Below are positions 1-13,489 of a DNA stretch of 64,000 bases, piece after piece. The position numbers and the translations under genes were made by a program. The notes under the pieces are model-generated. The model was not told the DNA's origin and made no database searches. It saw only the letters and a list, made by a program, of their open reading frames with translations. The stretch comes from Octopus bimaculoides (Eukaryota): positions 143,384,148-143,448,147 of the forward strand of contig NC_068983.1 in assembly GCF_001194135.2 (NCBI RefSeq), read 5' to 3'. The number at the start of each line of letters is the position of its first letter. Within the stretch, counting starts at the first letter, position 1.

Positions 1-132
1 AGAGAGAGAGAGAGAAATAGAGAGAGAGAGAGAAATAGAGAGAGAGAGAGAAATAGAGAGAGAGAGAGATGGAGAGAGAGAGAGAGAGATGGAGAGAGAG
101 AGAGAGAAAGATGGGGAGAGAGAGAGAGAGAG
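1..132. repeat. Compound (AG)n microsatellite with periodic AAAT/ATG interruptions
   Basis: Directly visible AG run with recurring variant units. Confidence 0.95.
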
Positions 133-853
133 GTGAACAAATGGAAATTAAGCTGGTCTTCAAAATGTCTGGAATCAATGCAGTGAAGAATGAAGGTTTT
201 GACATGTAGTTACAGAAAAGTCATTGAATGAATCAGAAAAAAGATTATACACACACACACACACACACATATGAAAGAGAAATTGCATGTAACAATAATA
301 TATACCAAACAAAATGTTTTGTTTAACAAGTGGTATTTGTGCTGTCACATTTAAATAAAAAGAAGTACATTACAATACACTAATTTATTATGCACTTTAG
401 GGATTAATTAATGCAAATATTGACTTCCCAATGCTTTATAGCATACCAACAGTAGCTGAAATGGCAGCTAGCCATGCCAGACAAAGTTTGTTTAATCATG
501 CATAATCAAATGCTTTTAAAAGTGACTCTGCAGTTCAGAAACTTGATGTTAATTACTTAAATGTTTACTCTTTCCATTCAGAAAATCGGAAGTTCATATC
601 CTATTTGATCTGACCCAAACAACATGAGTATCCTTTGATAACTTGCAATACTTAGACTTAAAAAGATTTAGTTTATCATTCAAGAGGATAAGGGTAAGTG
701 TTAGGATTGAAGAATAGTGCTAACCTTTAGCTACGACAACTCTACAATACAGATTTGACCCCTAGGTTTTACCATATTTCATTTACTTCCCATACCTGCA
801 ATTTTCAGCCATAATCAATAACATGCAGGAAGGTGAAAGGATTATGAAGAGAG

Positions 854-855
<2 letters not shown>

Positions 856-892
<37 letters not shown>
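856..892. repeat. (AG)n microsatellite
   Basis: Visible run. Confidence 0.95.
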
Positions 893-893
<1 letters not shown>

Positions 894-2665
894 GATGAGT
901 TCCCATTGTGCTGATTTTCTCAAGCTATGTAATACATCAAAGAAAAGCTTAAACTAGTAAACTAATGTGTCGTTAAGGGTTATGGAACATATTCATTTAT
1001 AAAAAGAGATGTAATTAGCGCAAATAAGGAATAATTTGAATGAGATTTACTTCAAAGTTGCAGGCTGCCATGAGCAAATCAACACGTGACAGTAGAGCAA
1101 CTAATGTTAAGAATAGTAAGTTTTTTTTTTTTTTTTTTTTTACAAGTCTCTTGCCAAAGTTAAAAAGAAGAGGGTGAAAACACCAATTTCTTTGAGTAGA
1201 TCAAACATCTTGCTCTATATTGCCACTATTTGGATGCATTTAATTCAATCACTTTCTTTCCAAACTCCTACTGTATTACACATTCCAGAAGCTGTTGGTT
1301 ACACTAAAACTAAATACTTTCAAACTTTTCTCCACTCCAAAGATGCTCAATGAAAAATTCAATAACGATTCAAACTAGATATTAAATTCACTTAGGACAT
1401 AAAAGATCCTCTCAGACTAACAGATTCCTTTAACTATTAACTAAAGAAAAAAAATCTTCAAAATTTTTAATATAAGGTTTATAAAAAAACCCATTAAAAA
1501 TAATAGTTAATATGCTTGGGAAAAGAAAAAAATGGGTGGAAAATGATCATATAATTATGAACTATCACCCAAATAGGTAAGAGTTAACATCTGTTGTGGA
1601 CATTTCTATAAACTTTGATAAATTTTTATCTGCTTTAATTTGCTTAGTAGTAAAGAATATGTACTGCCTCTCCTATTCCTTCAAAATCTCTCTGTAAAGG
1701 GAAAAAACCCCATTAAATTTAACTTATTTAAAAGAGAGTCTAGCTACATTAATTTAGGGATAAGATATAAAATTAACTCCATACAATAAAAACATCTTAA
1801 ATTTCAAAACAGAAGTTTTTAGCTCAATTTATAATAAGTGCACACCTTTAGAAAAGAAATATTAATTATATTAATTTAATTACCAACTCAGTTTGTATCT
1901 AACCAAGCTATGTAGTTCTTTTCTTTAAGGAATTCATATTTAGCCTTCGTAATATACTTTTGTCAGTTAATAGCAACAAGAAGCAGTTAGTTTTCAATAT
2001 AAACAGCTGGGTAGGAGCTATTACTTAGAAAGATGAAGGTATTTATTGCCATACTTAACAGTAAAATAATTACTCCTTGAAATAGAGAACCAAAACGTAA
2101 TTTGGGATTCTGTTTCAGAAAGCAAAGGCTGGGTTCTCAGTTTGAGGAAAACCCTTAGAGGAAGAGAAAGTTTCTGTAATTCAATACTGAAAACTCCCTA
2201 CAAAGTTGTCATCACTTCATATTCTTTTTTGTTTTATGCAAAAATTTATTGCTAGGTATGGTAATAATAAATGGTTATGTGCTACCAGTAACTTAACACA
2301 GCAGCACTGCCAGCTATATCAGCTTTTACTCCCACAACAGAGCAGCTTCAAGAATATCTACTTTAACATAGCTAATTCTTAGACTAAAATTTCATCAATC
2401 ATTCAGGACAATCCTAGCCTAATTACATTTTTATATTAATTACCAATGTTTCATACATTTATTAAAATCAATTAACATTTCAAGGTTACAGGAGACAAGA
2501 TCACATTAACTGCATCATGTAAAATAAGCTTTTCCAGACTTCAGAATTTTAACACCCTAAAAATTTTAACTACTCAGCAAAATAGGGATGGAGTACAGCT
2601 TCTTACTTGTAGGTAAACCAGCACACTCTTGTCATAACTCCTAATCTCATTAGGTGATTGGGGGG

Positions 2666-2733
2666 AAAAAAATATCTAAAAATATCTACACCAAAAAATA
2701 TCTGAAAATATCGACACCAAAAAATATCTACAC
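2666..2733. repeat. 26-bp minisatellite, about 2.5 copies (aaaaaatatctRaaaatatcKacacc)
   Basis: Two full units and one partial unit visible in tandem. Confidence 0.8.
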
Positions 2734-4653
2734 TTCTTTAAAATATATTTGAAATGACCTCAGAATAAGCAGGTTCTCCAAACTGGCATAAACTGGGTGG
2801 GTTATCATAATTTGAGTTAACTGGTATTTGGAGTTACTGCTCTATAGACAAGTCAATGGACCATGTTTTACTAGTGCTTAAGTGAAATATTGAGCTACAA
2901 ATATGGTCAGGTGTTCAAACCTTTCCATATCATCAAAATGTGGTCAGTAGAATTATTTGACTACAGATAATCTGTAATAAAAACAGTAAAGATGTATGAT
3001 AGTATTGTGAGAGAAAGAAGTTTGTAAAGGCTAACATTCCCAGAGAGATTTTTCATTGAAGGAAAAATATTTCTTTGCAAGTTATTGTGTTGGGCCTCTA
3101 GTTAAAGCTCAAATATTTGCTTGCCTCAGCTCCCAACAATTGCTTTAACAATTTGTTGAACAGTTGCTTAGAATTAGCAATAAAAAGTATCTGGCTATTA
3201 AAAAAAAAATACTAATATGGAAATGTCCAAATTTATAAAATCCATGACAGTCACACAAGCATGAAACTATTGATGTAACAGTTTAAAAAGTGTTTAATAT
3301 ATTTATTCTTGATATATTACATATCAATACTTCTGTGTGAAGTGTCAGACTCAGAGATCAAATATTCTAATATTCCATTATTTTTCTTTGTTCTAAGAAT
3401 AAACTATTTTCCCAGAGTAATATTAATCACAAATTACAACAAATCCATCACTTTGTTTAAAATAGTCCTAAGTTAATAGATATTCAATACATTACACTTT
3501 TTTGAAAATTATTTTCAAAATTAAGAAAACAATTGTTACTTTGATTATATAGAGTAATGTGTTGTGACTCAGGTCTTAAGATTACATATGGCAAAAATTG
3601 TACAGAAGCCCCATTGTGTGTGTATATTTTATTGATGTGTATCAACGAAGAATATAGACATTGATGTAAAACAGATGCTTTGTGAATCATTTGTCCTGTA
3701 TCAAGTTACAGAAGATCCCTCATCATATTGACTATTGTAAATGTAGTGAACCAGTGATTGGCCTGTTGGAAACCTGTGATCAATGACGCTATTATTCACA
3801 AGTTGTGATGTAAGATAATTAATTAAAAAATACAGATTCCAAGAATTTAAAAATTCCATAATCAAATCCCCTGAAAAGGATTTGTTATTTATTTGGGCAA
3901 TACTCTTAATTACATACTTCTACAAATCTTAGTTCTTGCTGTATAGCTCTAGATTAGCTCTGATCATACAGAAAAAGGCAAGCAGAGGGTCAATTGAATC
4001 ACAAGGAACAAACAACCCATAGATTTGTTGTTACAGATATAACATGACTCAATCCAGCTGACAACCATTATCATCATCATCATCATCATGGTTGTCAGCT
4101 GGAGGGAGGCATGTTATATCTGTACTTAATCATATGGGGTGCAGTGAGACAGTTTGGAGAAATATTCTCTTGACTATCAAAATCTATTTCTGCCTGTATA
4201 CCAATGGATTCTGGTGGTAGCCAGAGTGGGGGTGAGCAAGGTGAACACAGAGCACATCAGTTATTGTTCTGCTGCACTTGGTGGTGTATGTACAAGTACA
4301 CTGGTTATGAGTCATAGTTATTGATGCTGTAGCTATTTCTGTCTGTAACTAGTTTTTAATGTTTCTCAGGGCAACGTGCACCTTAGTTCACTTAACCAGC
4401 TAGTCGATTGGAGATAGTACTCACTGACTAAATGAGGGATTTATTCCTTGTAGCTATCCCAAGAAACATGTATCACAAAATTAACACTGCAAGAAAGGAA
4501 CGATGATGATGACAAGTAACACTGTAAAAGTTAAGTGTTTTGTTAGTTTGTATATTCTTCAAAGAGTTTGAACTTGACAATGCAGTCATGCACCAATATT
4601 TCTTATACCTACTTTAAGCATTTACATTACATCACTGAAGTAAAATAGTTTCA

Positions 4654-4911
<258 letters not shown>

Positions 4912-5694
4912 CTAAAAAAAATAAAATGAAAAAAAATATATGTAGGCATGTGTACATATACATAATAATAAATAGTTGACATATTTTCCATTACATACAT
5001 AATATATAGTAATGTTGACTAATTTTTCATTACTTTCTTGCAAAAAAACAGACAACAAATGCTATATCAACAAAACTGTTTTAAATTATGTGTAACAAAT
5101 GGGAGAAAAAGTACTCAGTACATGAAATAAAGTTTTGTTTATTTGAATCTGGCAATTCAGTATCTCTCCTCATTATCACACTATGAGTTATCTGTTAGAA
5201 AACAAAACGGTGGACTCTTATTACTTGAAGTACTGGATGTGACAAAAGAAACAGGATAGTGGAAGAGTGAATCATTATGAATATACACAAATACATATAT
5301 GATGCAAACAGCATAATGACACCTTTTTCTTTCATATCAAAGATTATTTTAAACTTCTGCCAGCACCACATAAAAGTGCACATGCTGGTGCCATTTTAAA
5401 AGCACCCAGCACACACTGCAAAGTGTTTGGTGTTAGGAAGGGCATCCAGTCACAGAAACCAAGCCAAATATATAAAATAGCAGGCTGGGGGTGTTGGCAG
5501 ATTTGGTAAATTATAAGATTGTCATTTCCTTGGCATTACTCAAATCAGAAAAAGAACTTTGATTAGAACACCAGTTTATCAATTAGAATTAAACTCCAAT
5601 ATTGAAAGATAATGAACACATTTTATACTTTCAGAATAGCCATTACTTGTAATGGTAAAGGAACAACACTTAACTATTTAAAACTTGTGGCTAC

Positions 5695-5880
5695 TTGCTC
5701 TGCAAGAAATAGTAGCCAAATACCCCTAACAAAAAAAAATTGCACTACCTTAAAAAATAAAAAAAATGCATTGACTAATGTAATCCTGGATACACAAAAG
5801 GACAGAATAGTCATAGCTGGAATGCTTGTAATCATAGGTCCATTTGATTAAGGCTGATCTGAGATTATATGGTAATAACT
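5695..5880 (+). mobile_element. SINE-like interspersed repeat, family C (representative copy)
   Basis: Motif chain ctgctagaaatagcagccaaa...ggataatgtagtc...tggtca..gctggaatgcctttgatcatagg...gacctgggg. It recurs at about 7130-7345, 23545-23730, 29600-29905, 31260-31430(-), 35520-35700, 37800-37950, 40910-41120(-), 44290-44460(-), 58900-59030(-) and 61500-61680(-). Confidence 0.7.
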
Positions 5881-6485
5881 GACTTAGACCAAAGTGGAAC
5901 CATCTGCTAAGAGTTATAAGGTCTTATGATAGCCATGAACCAGTAGACATAATAAAGTGTTCCACCAACGACTTCATGATAAGTTATTATCTAATGTACT
6001 TTTTTTTTAAAAAAAAGACAGAGGATATAATTTGAGGAGAGGAATAATTAGCTGTTATTTCTAACAGGTTCAACAACCAATGTAGAAGTTCACTCATTCT
6101 TTTTTGGCCACAAATGCAACGCTGTGCTGATGGCAAGATTAACTGACAACCTGTCATCTCTGCTATTCACACTAATAACTTATTTAATAATGATCTAGCA
6201 TTAACATTTAGTCGGACATCATTTATAAATTCTATCAGACAATCTATATCATTTGTTAATGGTGTTGCCAAAACAACTACAGTAATTATTAACATACATA
6301 GAAAGCAAAACTGTTTTTGCATGCATGAAAACAGTAAATATTAACTGAATAATGGACTCAATACAAGTGTAGATTCTGATATTTGTAAATAATTTCATGG
6401 ACAATGACTTCAGAATTTTTCTAGGTGTGTATGTTTTGTTCAAACTGAATAAGCAAGCAAAACTGAAGTCACTCAAAATTGAGTG

Positions 6486-6497
6486 TGTGAGAGAGAG

Positions 6498-6528
<31 letters not shown>

Positions 6529-6556
6529 GAGAGAAAGAGAAAGAGAGAGAGAGAGA
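6486..6556. repeat. (AG)n microsatellite
   Basis: Visible run. Confidence 0.95.
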
Positions 6557-7899
6557 AATCCCTTCTTTTCAGCATCATATTACTATCTCAGGAGATGAAA
6601 GGGCAAAATATTAAAGGATAGATGTGGTTGATTTTGTTGCTGTTTGAGCTGGGCCATTTATTATGTGGCTTTAAAGGTTCCCTTTGACGGTGATGAGCAC
6701 CACTGCCACTACTACGACCGTAGTGGCAGCAGTAACAATAATTGCACAAGATTGCAGATTTATAAAGGGAATGTATGATCAAATGAATTACATTCACATC
6801 TCTTTCCTGAATACATTACTAGTATTTATTTTATTGACATTGGAAAGATGGAGGGCAAAGTTGGCCTCACCGAGATTTAAATTCAGAAGACAGCATCTAA
6901 CTAAAATAATAGTGATCTATTTGTAACAGGTCAAGCAACCATAGAGACTCTCCCTGGCTGGTTTTGTTGGGGGTATGTGGGGTATGTAACTAAGTCAATC
7001 CTAATCTATAACTGGCATCCAATTTATCAATCTTAAGATGAAAGCAAATTCCTGCTCAATGGAATATGTTCATGGGACTGGAGACAAAATTAAATACTAC
7101 AGCACATTTAATCCAATGCATTAAAAGCAAAAGCCAACAAGAGTGATTCCACATGATCACTTAAGCTAGAAATAATAGTCAAATTCTTATTAAATCACAC
7201 TAACATAAGATGTATCTAAAATTATATTGGATAATGTAGTGTTAGATACTAGATAATAGAAAATAAAACTAAGACAGTCATAATCAGAATGTTTATGATC
7301 TGAAGTCTACTCAGCAGGACTGAATGGTGCTAAATGACAATAATATTAATGTATCTAGTATACACTGCAGACTTTATAATAGAGGAGAGCATGTAAATCA
7401 ATTCAGTTAACTTTATTATGTACCTGGTATTTATTTTATTGATCCATATAGGGATGAAAAGCAAAGTTGACCTTGATGAAAATTGAATTCAGAATGTAAA
7501 CACATACAATTCTTGTAAGTCATTTAGTGCAACACTATTGTTTTATCTACTGACCTAATAATAACAAAAATAATATAGGTAAAATTAATTTTGTGGTCTG
7601 AATAATGATTTACATTGACACAAAATAATGTTAGACATGTTTGTATGGTTAAGAAGGTTGCACTTCTCAATCATGTAATCACCACAAGTTGATACCTTGT
7701 TCAATACTCTATCAACTTGTCATTGTAACATAATTGAAGGGGATTTGTTGGAGTAATTGGATACCCTTGCAACTCTGAAGTAGGAATGCAACTGGTTTGG
7801 GTTCGGTCATTCAAAAATGAAATAAAGAACATTTCACTCGGACTACACTAACTGTATGAAAGATTTGAAACTAAGGTCATGTACTCACTTGTTTTGCAA

Positions 7900-8290
7900 T
7901 TTAGCCTAATATCCGTTCTATTTCCTATAGAAACATTAATATTGATAGTAATAACAGTTTCCAATGTTGATAGGCAATCAGATATTTTAAAGTAGGGAAA
8001 AATAGTAATTATAATAATGAACTTATCATACACACTGCTCAGCTGCACCACAATTCCACAAGAAAAGGTAAAAGAAATAACAAAAAGCAGCAATAAGTAA
8101 AGAAAGAGGGCAATGAAGCCAAAAGTACATGCATAAATACATATGATAAACACACAAAAAGACAGAAAAGTAAAATAACTCTGAAGAGGAAAGTGTTGAT
8201 GGATTTCAGAAAGCATGGAATTTTTGAAGGATAGTCTCTGAACAGCCAGGAACAGACATAAGTAGATTTTTCTATGCTTTGGTAATACTG
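7900..8290. mobile_element. Unclassified interspersed repeat (second copy at about 35990-36300)
   Basis: Shared blocks ttatcataYacaStgctcagStgcac and gRaagcatRgaatttttgaa at both loci. Confidence 0.6.
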
Positions 8291-8739
8291 AGTATGAAAA
8301 AATAATCAACTCTCAAAGTTTGAATGGCAAAGTCTACCTGGACCTTAGAATGTATAAAGACAACTAGATACTGCAAGGCATTTTATCCAACATTCAACTA
8401 ATTCTGCTAATCCATAATAAAAGAGTATTTTTGGTTTAATTCAGGATATGTAAAGTTTTCACTCAGCTGCTATCTCTCAACTTGTAGTAGAACAGCTCAT
8501 ATTCTTTTTCTATTTTATTGTGGTGGTGGGTAAAAGTAATGATACTTTGTTCAAAATAAATCTTTGAATGGAAGCTCTGATCTAGTTTAGTATTTGATAT
8601 TGTATTTACGAAAAGGATATTTCTTTTCCTCTATTATGTTATAATCATCTATGCAAAGTTAAAGTTATGTTACTTCATTTTTGTTTTCCCATCATGCATT
8701 TTTTAATATCCTTGTATGTCATAAATATTGGTTTCAAAT

Positions 8740-8945
8740 TTTGGCACAAGGCCAGAAATTGTGGAGGAGAGTGCAAGTTGATTACATCAACCTCAGTACT
8801 TGACTGGCACTTATTTTATCATCAACCCCTGAAAAGATGAAAGGCAAAATCAACTTTAGCAACATTTGAACTCAGAATGTAAAGTCAGAAGAAATACTGC
8901 TAAGCATTTTTTTCAATATGGCAATGATTCTGCCAGCTCACTGCC
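8740..8945 (-). mobile_element. tRNA-derived SINE, family A (decayed)
   Basis: Reverse complement of consensus ggcgagctggcagaa...aatgcttagc...gttctgagttcaaattcc...gtcgactttgcctttcatcc...aagtaccagt; similar minus copies at about 6820-6930, 7395-7520 and 8300-8410. Confidence 0.8.
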
Positions 8946-11199
8946 TTCCTGAATGTCATAAATACTGTCACTGAAATGTGCTGATATTATTACTGAATTT
9001 AATTCAAAGTTAGGCTTTTGAAAGAAATGTGTAAACCATAGGTGTATAGGAAAAATTAAACAGAGGAGTGAACTATGGTACAAAACATACCCAGTTTGAT
9101 GGACAAAAGTAACATTTAAATGTTTTTCAATAGGGAAGTTCATTCATTCTGGTGAGTTTTACCTGACAAGGATAAAACCAACATCTGCTGTATTGTTGAA
9201 TTTATTATACCATGTAGTCAAGTCCCATAATAGACCAACAACCAAGGGGTGTTTTATGATTAGATATAGTAATAAATATCTGTGAATTTGCACACTAGCA
9301 CACTAGACAATGATAATTGCTTCTTATTCACCACCCTAAAAAGATGAAAACAGTGAGCTATCCTACTAGAAGGAAGGCAGAAAGAGAAAGAAAACTAAGA
9401 TAGCTTGTGAATAATGTAAGAAATACTATATTAATGTTAGGAAAGAGTCAGACGTCTTTTTCATTCAGAAATTGACAGTACAAATATATTTGCCTCCATT
9501 TCTAACAGTGAAAAACATGTCTTTGGCCTTTGATCAGAAATAGAGTCTTACTACATAGTGAAATAATTCTGCGCAACAGATGTTAGTTTCATTCAATCAG
9601 AGCAAAACCTCACCAGTATATGTGAACTTCCTTGTTGAAAAAAAACATTTAAATGTTACGTAAAAAAATAAGATGAATACTATTGAGGTGATACTGTAAA
9701 TTATTTCAATTAGGTGTAATGACCGAATTATGGAGTGCAGCAAATTAGAATTTTTAAGCTTATGTTTGTTCCAAGAGCAATAGTTACATCAAAATGTTGA
9801 AAACTGAATCATGCCATGTCAATTCAATGGAAACTTGGCACCATGTAGATAATAGTTTCTTCCCTAAACCATTTCCTTTCTCTTTCGTAAATGGTGAAGA
9901 TGCAATGTAGATGAACCAATATACTACCAGTATATATTTTAGCAACTCCCATAGCAATAAATAATAAAATCGGCACCAATAAGATTTAATGAATACTTTA
10001 GAGAATGTATCCAGACATACATCCTATATCATATTCATATGCAAAACAAAATCTCCACACAGGTCTGCTCCAATGTAAAATGTTACTGGTCCACTTCAAT
10101 CTAATCAGTTATCAGGTTACAAGTACACCTAACTACAGTATTATGTCAGTTTACTTAACAGTAAACAGGTGTCATATATATACAGGCACATAATTCATAT
10201 CTGCACTCAATGTGTGACTAACTTAATGGCACCCTAGAGTGCTATTAACAGGTGTCCACTGTTGCAAGTATTTGTACTATGTGCAGTCTGATGATATCAA
10301 GATGTATTTTCCTTTGTCTGACCAGTCCCAGGAGCCCAGCAGAAAAAATATAAAATCCATAGGCACAGCCCTTGCTCTGTTGACTAAACAGTGTAAAAAA
10401 AAGTTATGTTGGCTTGAACTTCTAGATGCTGAAATCATTCCATTGGAGTAAGAACACTCCAATATATCTTAGCATCTTTTGATGAAATAAAGACATTGGT
10501 TATGTCTCAATGACCCATTGTATGACAGAACATTACATTCTGACTTAATATTAGGTGTAGAAGTCAATATTTTTAATTTACTTCTTCGAAAAAAAAAAAA
10601 AAATGGAAATTAAATGAAAACGAGTAAAAAGGAAAATAGATAAAAAAAAAACTTGAAGTTTGGGTTTTTAACCATTTTTCAATTATTCAAACATATTTCA
10701 AAATTGAGAAATATTGATTTATTTTCAAAAAGTACCAGGTTTCAAAATTTACAAAGAGAACAGGAAATAAAACTGCATGTTATCCATCCAATTTCACAAG
10801 GGTAATTTGCTTTTTAAACTCAGAAACAACATAAAAAGAACTTGTCAGTTCTTGAATAAATTCTACATCATATATTGAGCACCATTTTCTTTTATTAAAA
10901 AATTGTAGCGTTCATATAATGTTTATTTTATGATCTTGCCTTGACATAGTGATACTAATAACCTATTGTTAGAACTTAATATACATACACTTCAGAGTAA
11001 AAGTTAGGCAAGTGCAAAATGTGATATGATTAATGGAAAGACAAAGTACCAAGAATTATGTAATCAGCTTCATTGGCTTATGGCTGTTTCTGCTATAAAA
11101 GGCAGTGCCTTCAGAGCTGAATGCTTGTACATCACTTCATAGCTATATGTATGATGTAGAGGATAAACGTGAAGGCTGGAAAAAAATGAAATGAGTAAG

Positions 11200-11470
11200 A
11201 AGCAAGTTTTGCAGGATGTCTAATGTTGGGGTGCATAAATGACAGTACAAATGAACTGAGAGAAAAACTAGATAAAAAAGAATCAGGTGTAGTGTGCACG
11301 AGAGAAAGCTTCACTTGTAAGGGCCTCTGATGTGTACAGAGGATGTCAGTTGCATAAAAAGTGTCAAGTACTTGAAGAGGATACAACCTGTGGAATAAGG
11401 ATATAAGACATGGTATAAAGTGGTGAATATTAAAGGACCACAAAAGGTAACATGTGGTGCTAGAGAAAAC
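11200..11470 (+). mobile_element. Decayed RTE LINE ORF2 3' fragment
   Basis: Homologous to the LREKL..RxxxCGVQERRLRWYGHV..EGTCGRGRP region that is intact at 42001-42186. Confidence 0.6.
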
Positions 11471-11509
11471 CCATACAAAACAAATGTTAAAATAATAGTA
11501 GTGATGTAG

Positions 11510-11720
11510 TTCTGTTACTTAGGGGACCAAGTTAGCAGCAATGGGTGGGCGAGTGCTGAAAGTTTAGTTGCTAAGATAAGAATAAGCTAGACAAAGTTCA
11601 GAGAGCTTCTACTGTTGTTGGCAACTAAGGGCCTCTCCTTCAGAGTGAAAGGCAGATTATATGATACCTGTGCATACACAACTATGTTACACAGTGAAAC
11701 ATGGGCCTTGCCTACAGAGG
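11510..11720 (+). mobile_element. RTE LINE ORF2 fragment
   Basis: Encodes FCYLGDQ...KFRELLLLLATKGLSFRVKGRLYDTC...SETWAL...DLQRLER. Confidence 0.85.
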
Positions 11721-11754
11721 ACTTGCAAAGGCTTGAAAGATGTGTGTGTGTGTG

Positions 11755-12402
11755 TATTTATAAATCTGTAAACAAATCTGAAGGATGTCAATTACAGAGA
11801 AGAGCGACACACACAGGTCCTTTATAATAAAAACTGCACTTATATATTATTTACAATAATATATGCACCATTTAAAGCAACTAAACTAAACCTAAACTGA
11901 CTGAAAAAAGATGGGCTGAACCACTGGGAATTAAGCATGACATCAATGCTCACATGGCTCCATATGCACCCAATTCACCCACATAGCTCACCCATCAATT
12001 TCAGCCAATTTTAATGTACAGATAAATTTAGTTTAGAATATATATTTATAAATTTGTAAACAAACCCAAAAGCTGTAAATTATGGAGAAGAGCAACAGAC
12101 ATAGGTCCTTTTTAATAATAACTATAATTATATATTATTTGCAATAATATGCTCCATTTAAAATGACTAAACCTAAACAACTGACTGAAAAAAGATGGGC
12201 CAAACCACTGAGAATTGAACACAACATCAATGCTTACATGGCTCCAAAATTATCTATACATTAAAATTGGCTGAAATTAATGGGTGGGCTAGATGGGTGA
12301 ATTGGGTGTGTACAGAGCCATGTAAGCATTGATGTAGTGTTCAATTCCCAGTTGTCTGGCCCATCTTTAGTCATTTTAAATGGAGCATTTTAAATGGAGC
12401 AT
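11755..12402. repeat. Local direct-direct-inverted repeat of an approximately 280-bp unit
   Basis: Unit A 11755-12030, unit B 12043-12245 (direct), inverted copy 12246-12388, then a 14-bp tandem duplication. Confidence 0.85.
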
Positions 12403-12556
12403 ATCCAGCTGTAGAAACCTTAACAGAAACAGCTATACAATCGAGTCATGCTTCTTCAACTCAAGAACAGTAACACTAAATAAGAACTCAGATTGTGACA
12501 ACTTGTGCAATCCATACCAGCATGGAAAGTGGACATAAAATTATGATGGTGATGAT
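12403..12556 (+). mobile_element. Decayed RTE 3' UTR tail
   Basis: atccagctgtagaaacc...ccagcatggaaagtggac...gatggtgatgat. Confidence 0.7.
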
Positions 12557-13489
12557 TAGTTTATATGAGATGAGGTTAGAAAATAGAAACTGTTGAAGAG
12601 CAAATGGATATGCTTCAATGGGGAGAGAGGTACTTAAAAACAGAAATGGTTAATAATAACAAAAACAAGCCGATATTTAATACCAATTTCCTCTAGTTGC
12701 CATCCATAGATAATAGACATTTAGGAAATTCCAGTCATAGAAAACTGGTGACATAAAAACATACATACATTCATACACACACATACATATATATATATGT
12801 GAGTAGTAGAGGTACACAGATATATGTATACACAGACATGTGTAAATGTACATATACACTTTTAATGCATCTATATTTAATGGAAAACAGTAACTAAATC
12901 AACAATCTTGTTTCAAATTCAATTCCATAGAGAAGGGAGGGAGAGAGAGAGAGAGAGAGAGAGAGATTCATACATACATTGATTGAAACTGAGATGAAAT
13001 GAATTATGAAACTGAATTCTACATTTATTAGATATTATTATAATTATAGCTATGTTACTTGTCCAACAAGGAAAGTAGTATGGGGAGAGGGTAGATCAAA
13101 TGATTTAGTATATGAATTTGATAATGTACTCAAAGACAGGCACAAGAGAAACTAATATGTAAGTGCTATAAAGCTGAACCAACCCTAATTCTATGTCTTG
13201 CTCCAAATTCAGGAACATTCTGGGTAATTTTTTAATTTTGTAGAAGTAAGAGAATTAGGAAAAGAGGGCAAGGAAGAATTAAGAAAGGAAGTGAAGTACT
13301 AAAATAGAAGAAAAACAAAAGATATATTAGAAAATAATGACATCTCTCACAAAAGAGTTGGTTTACTTCCTTTTACTAGTCAAAAACTGCTTCTGGAATC
13401 ATTTTCTTATATTTGTTCCTGTTCCAGGAAAATTACATATTTAACAAAAACCAAAGTCCTAGTAAATAGGAAAACAGACAAATCACAAG

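Noticed and set aside
5226-5276. ATG-initiated MIHSSTILFLLSHPVLQ ending at a gtaata donor 310 nt upstream of the NKAIN exon
   Set aside because: Phase fits, but there is no Cys/Gly NKAIN N-terminal pattern and the donor is only moderate
7848-8309. Longest ORF in the track (153 aa, hydrophobic)
   Set aside because: Non-ATG start, T-rich antisense reading of an interspersed repeat also present at about 36 kb; no domain
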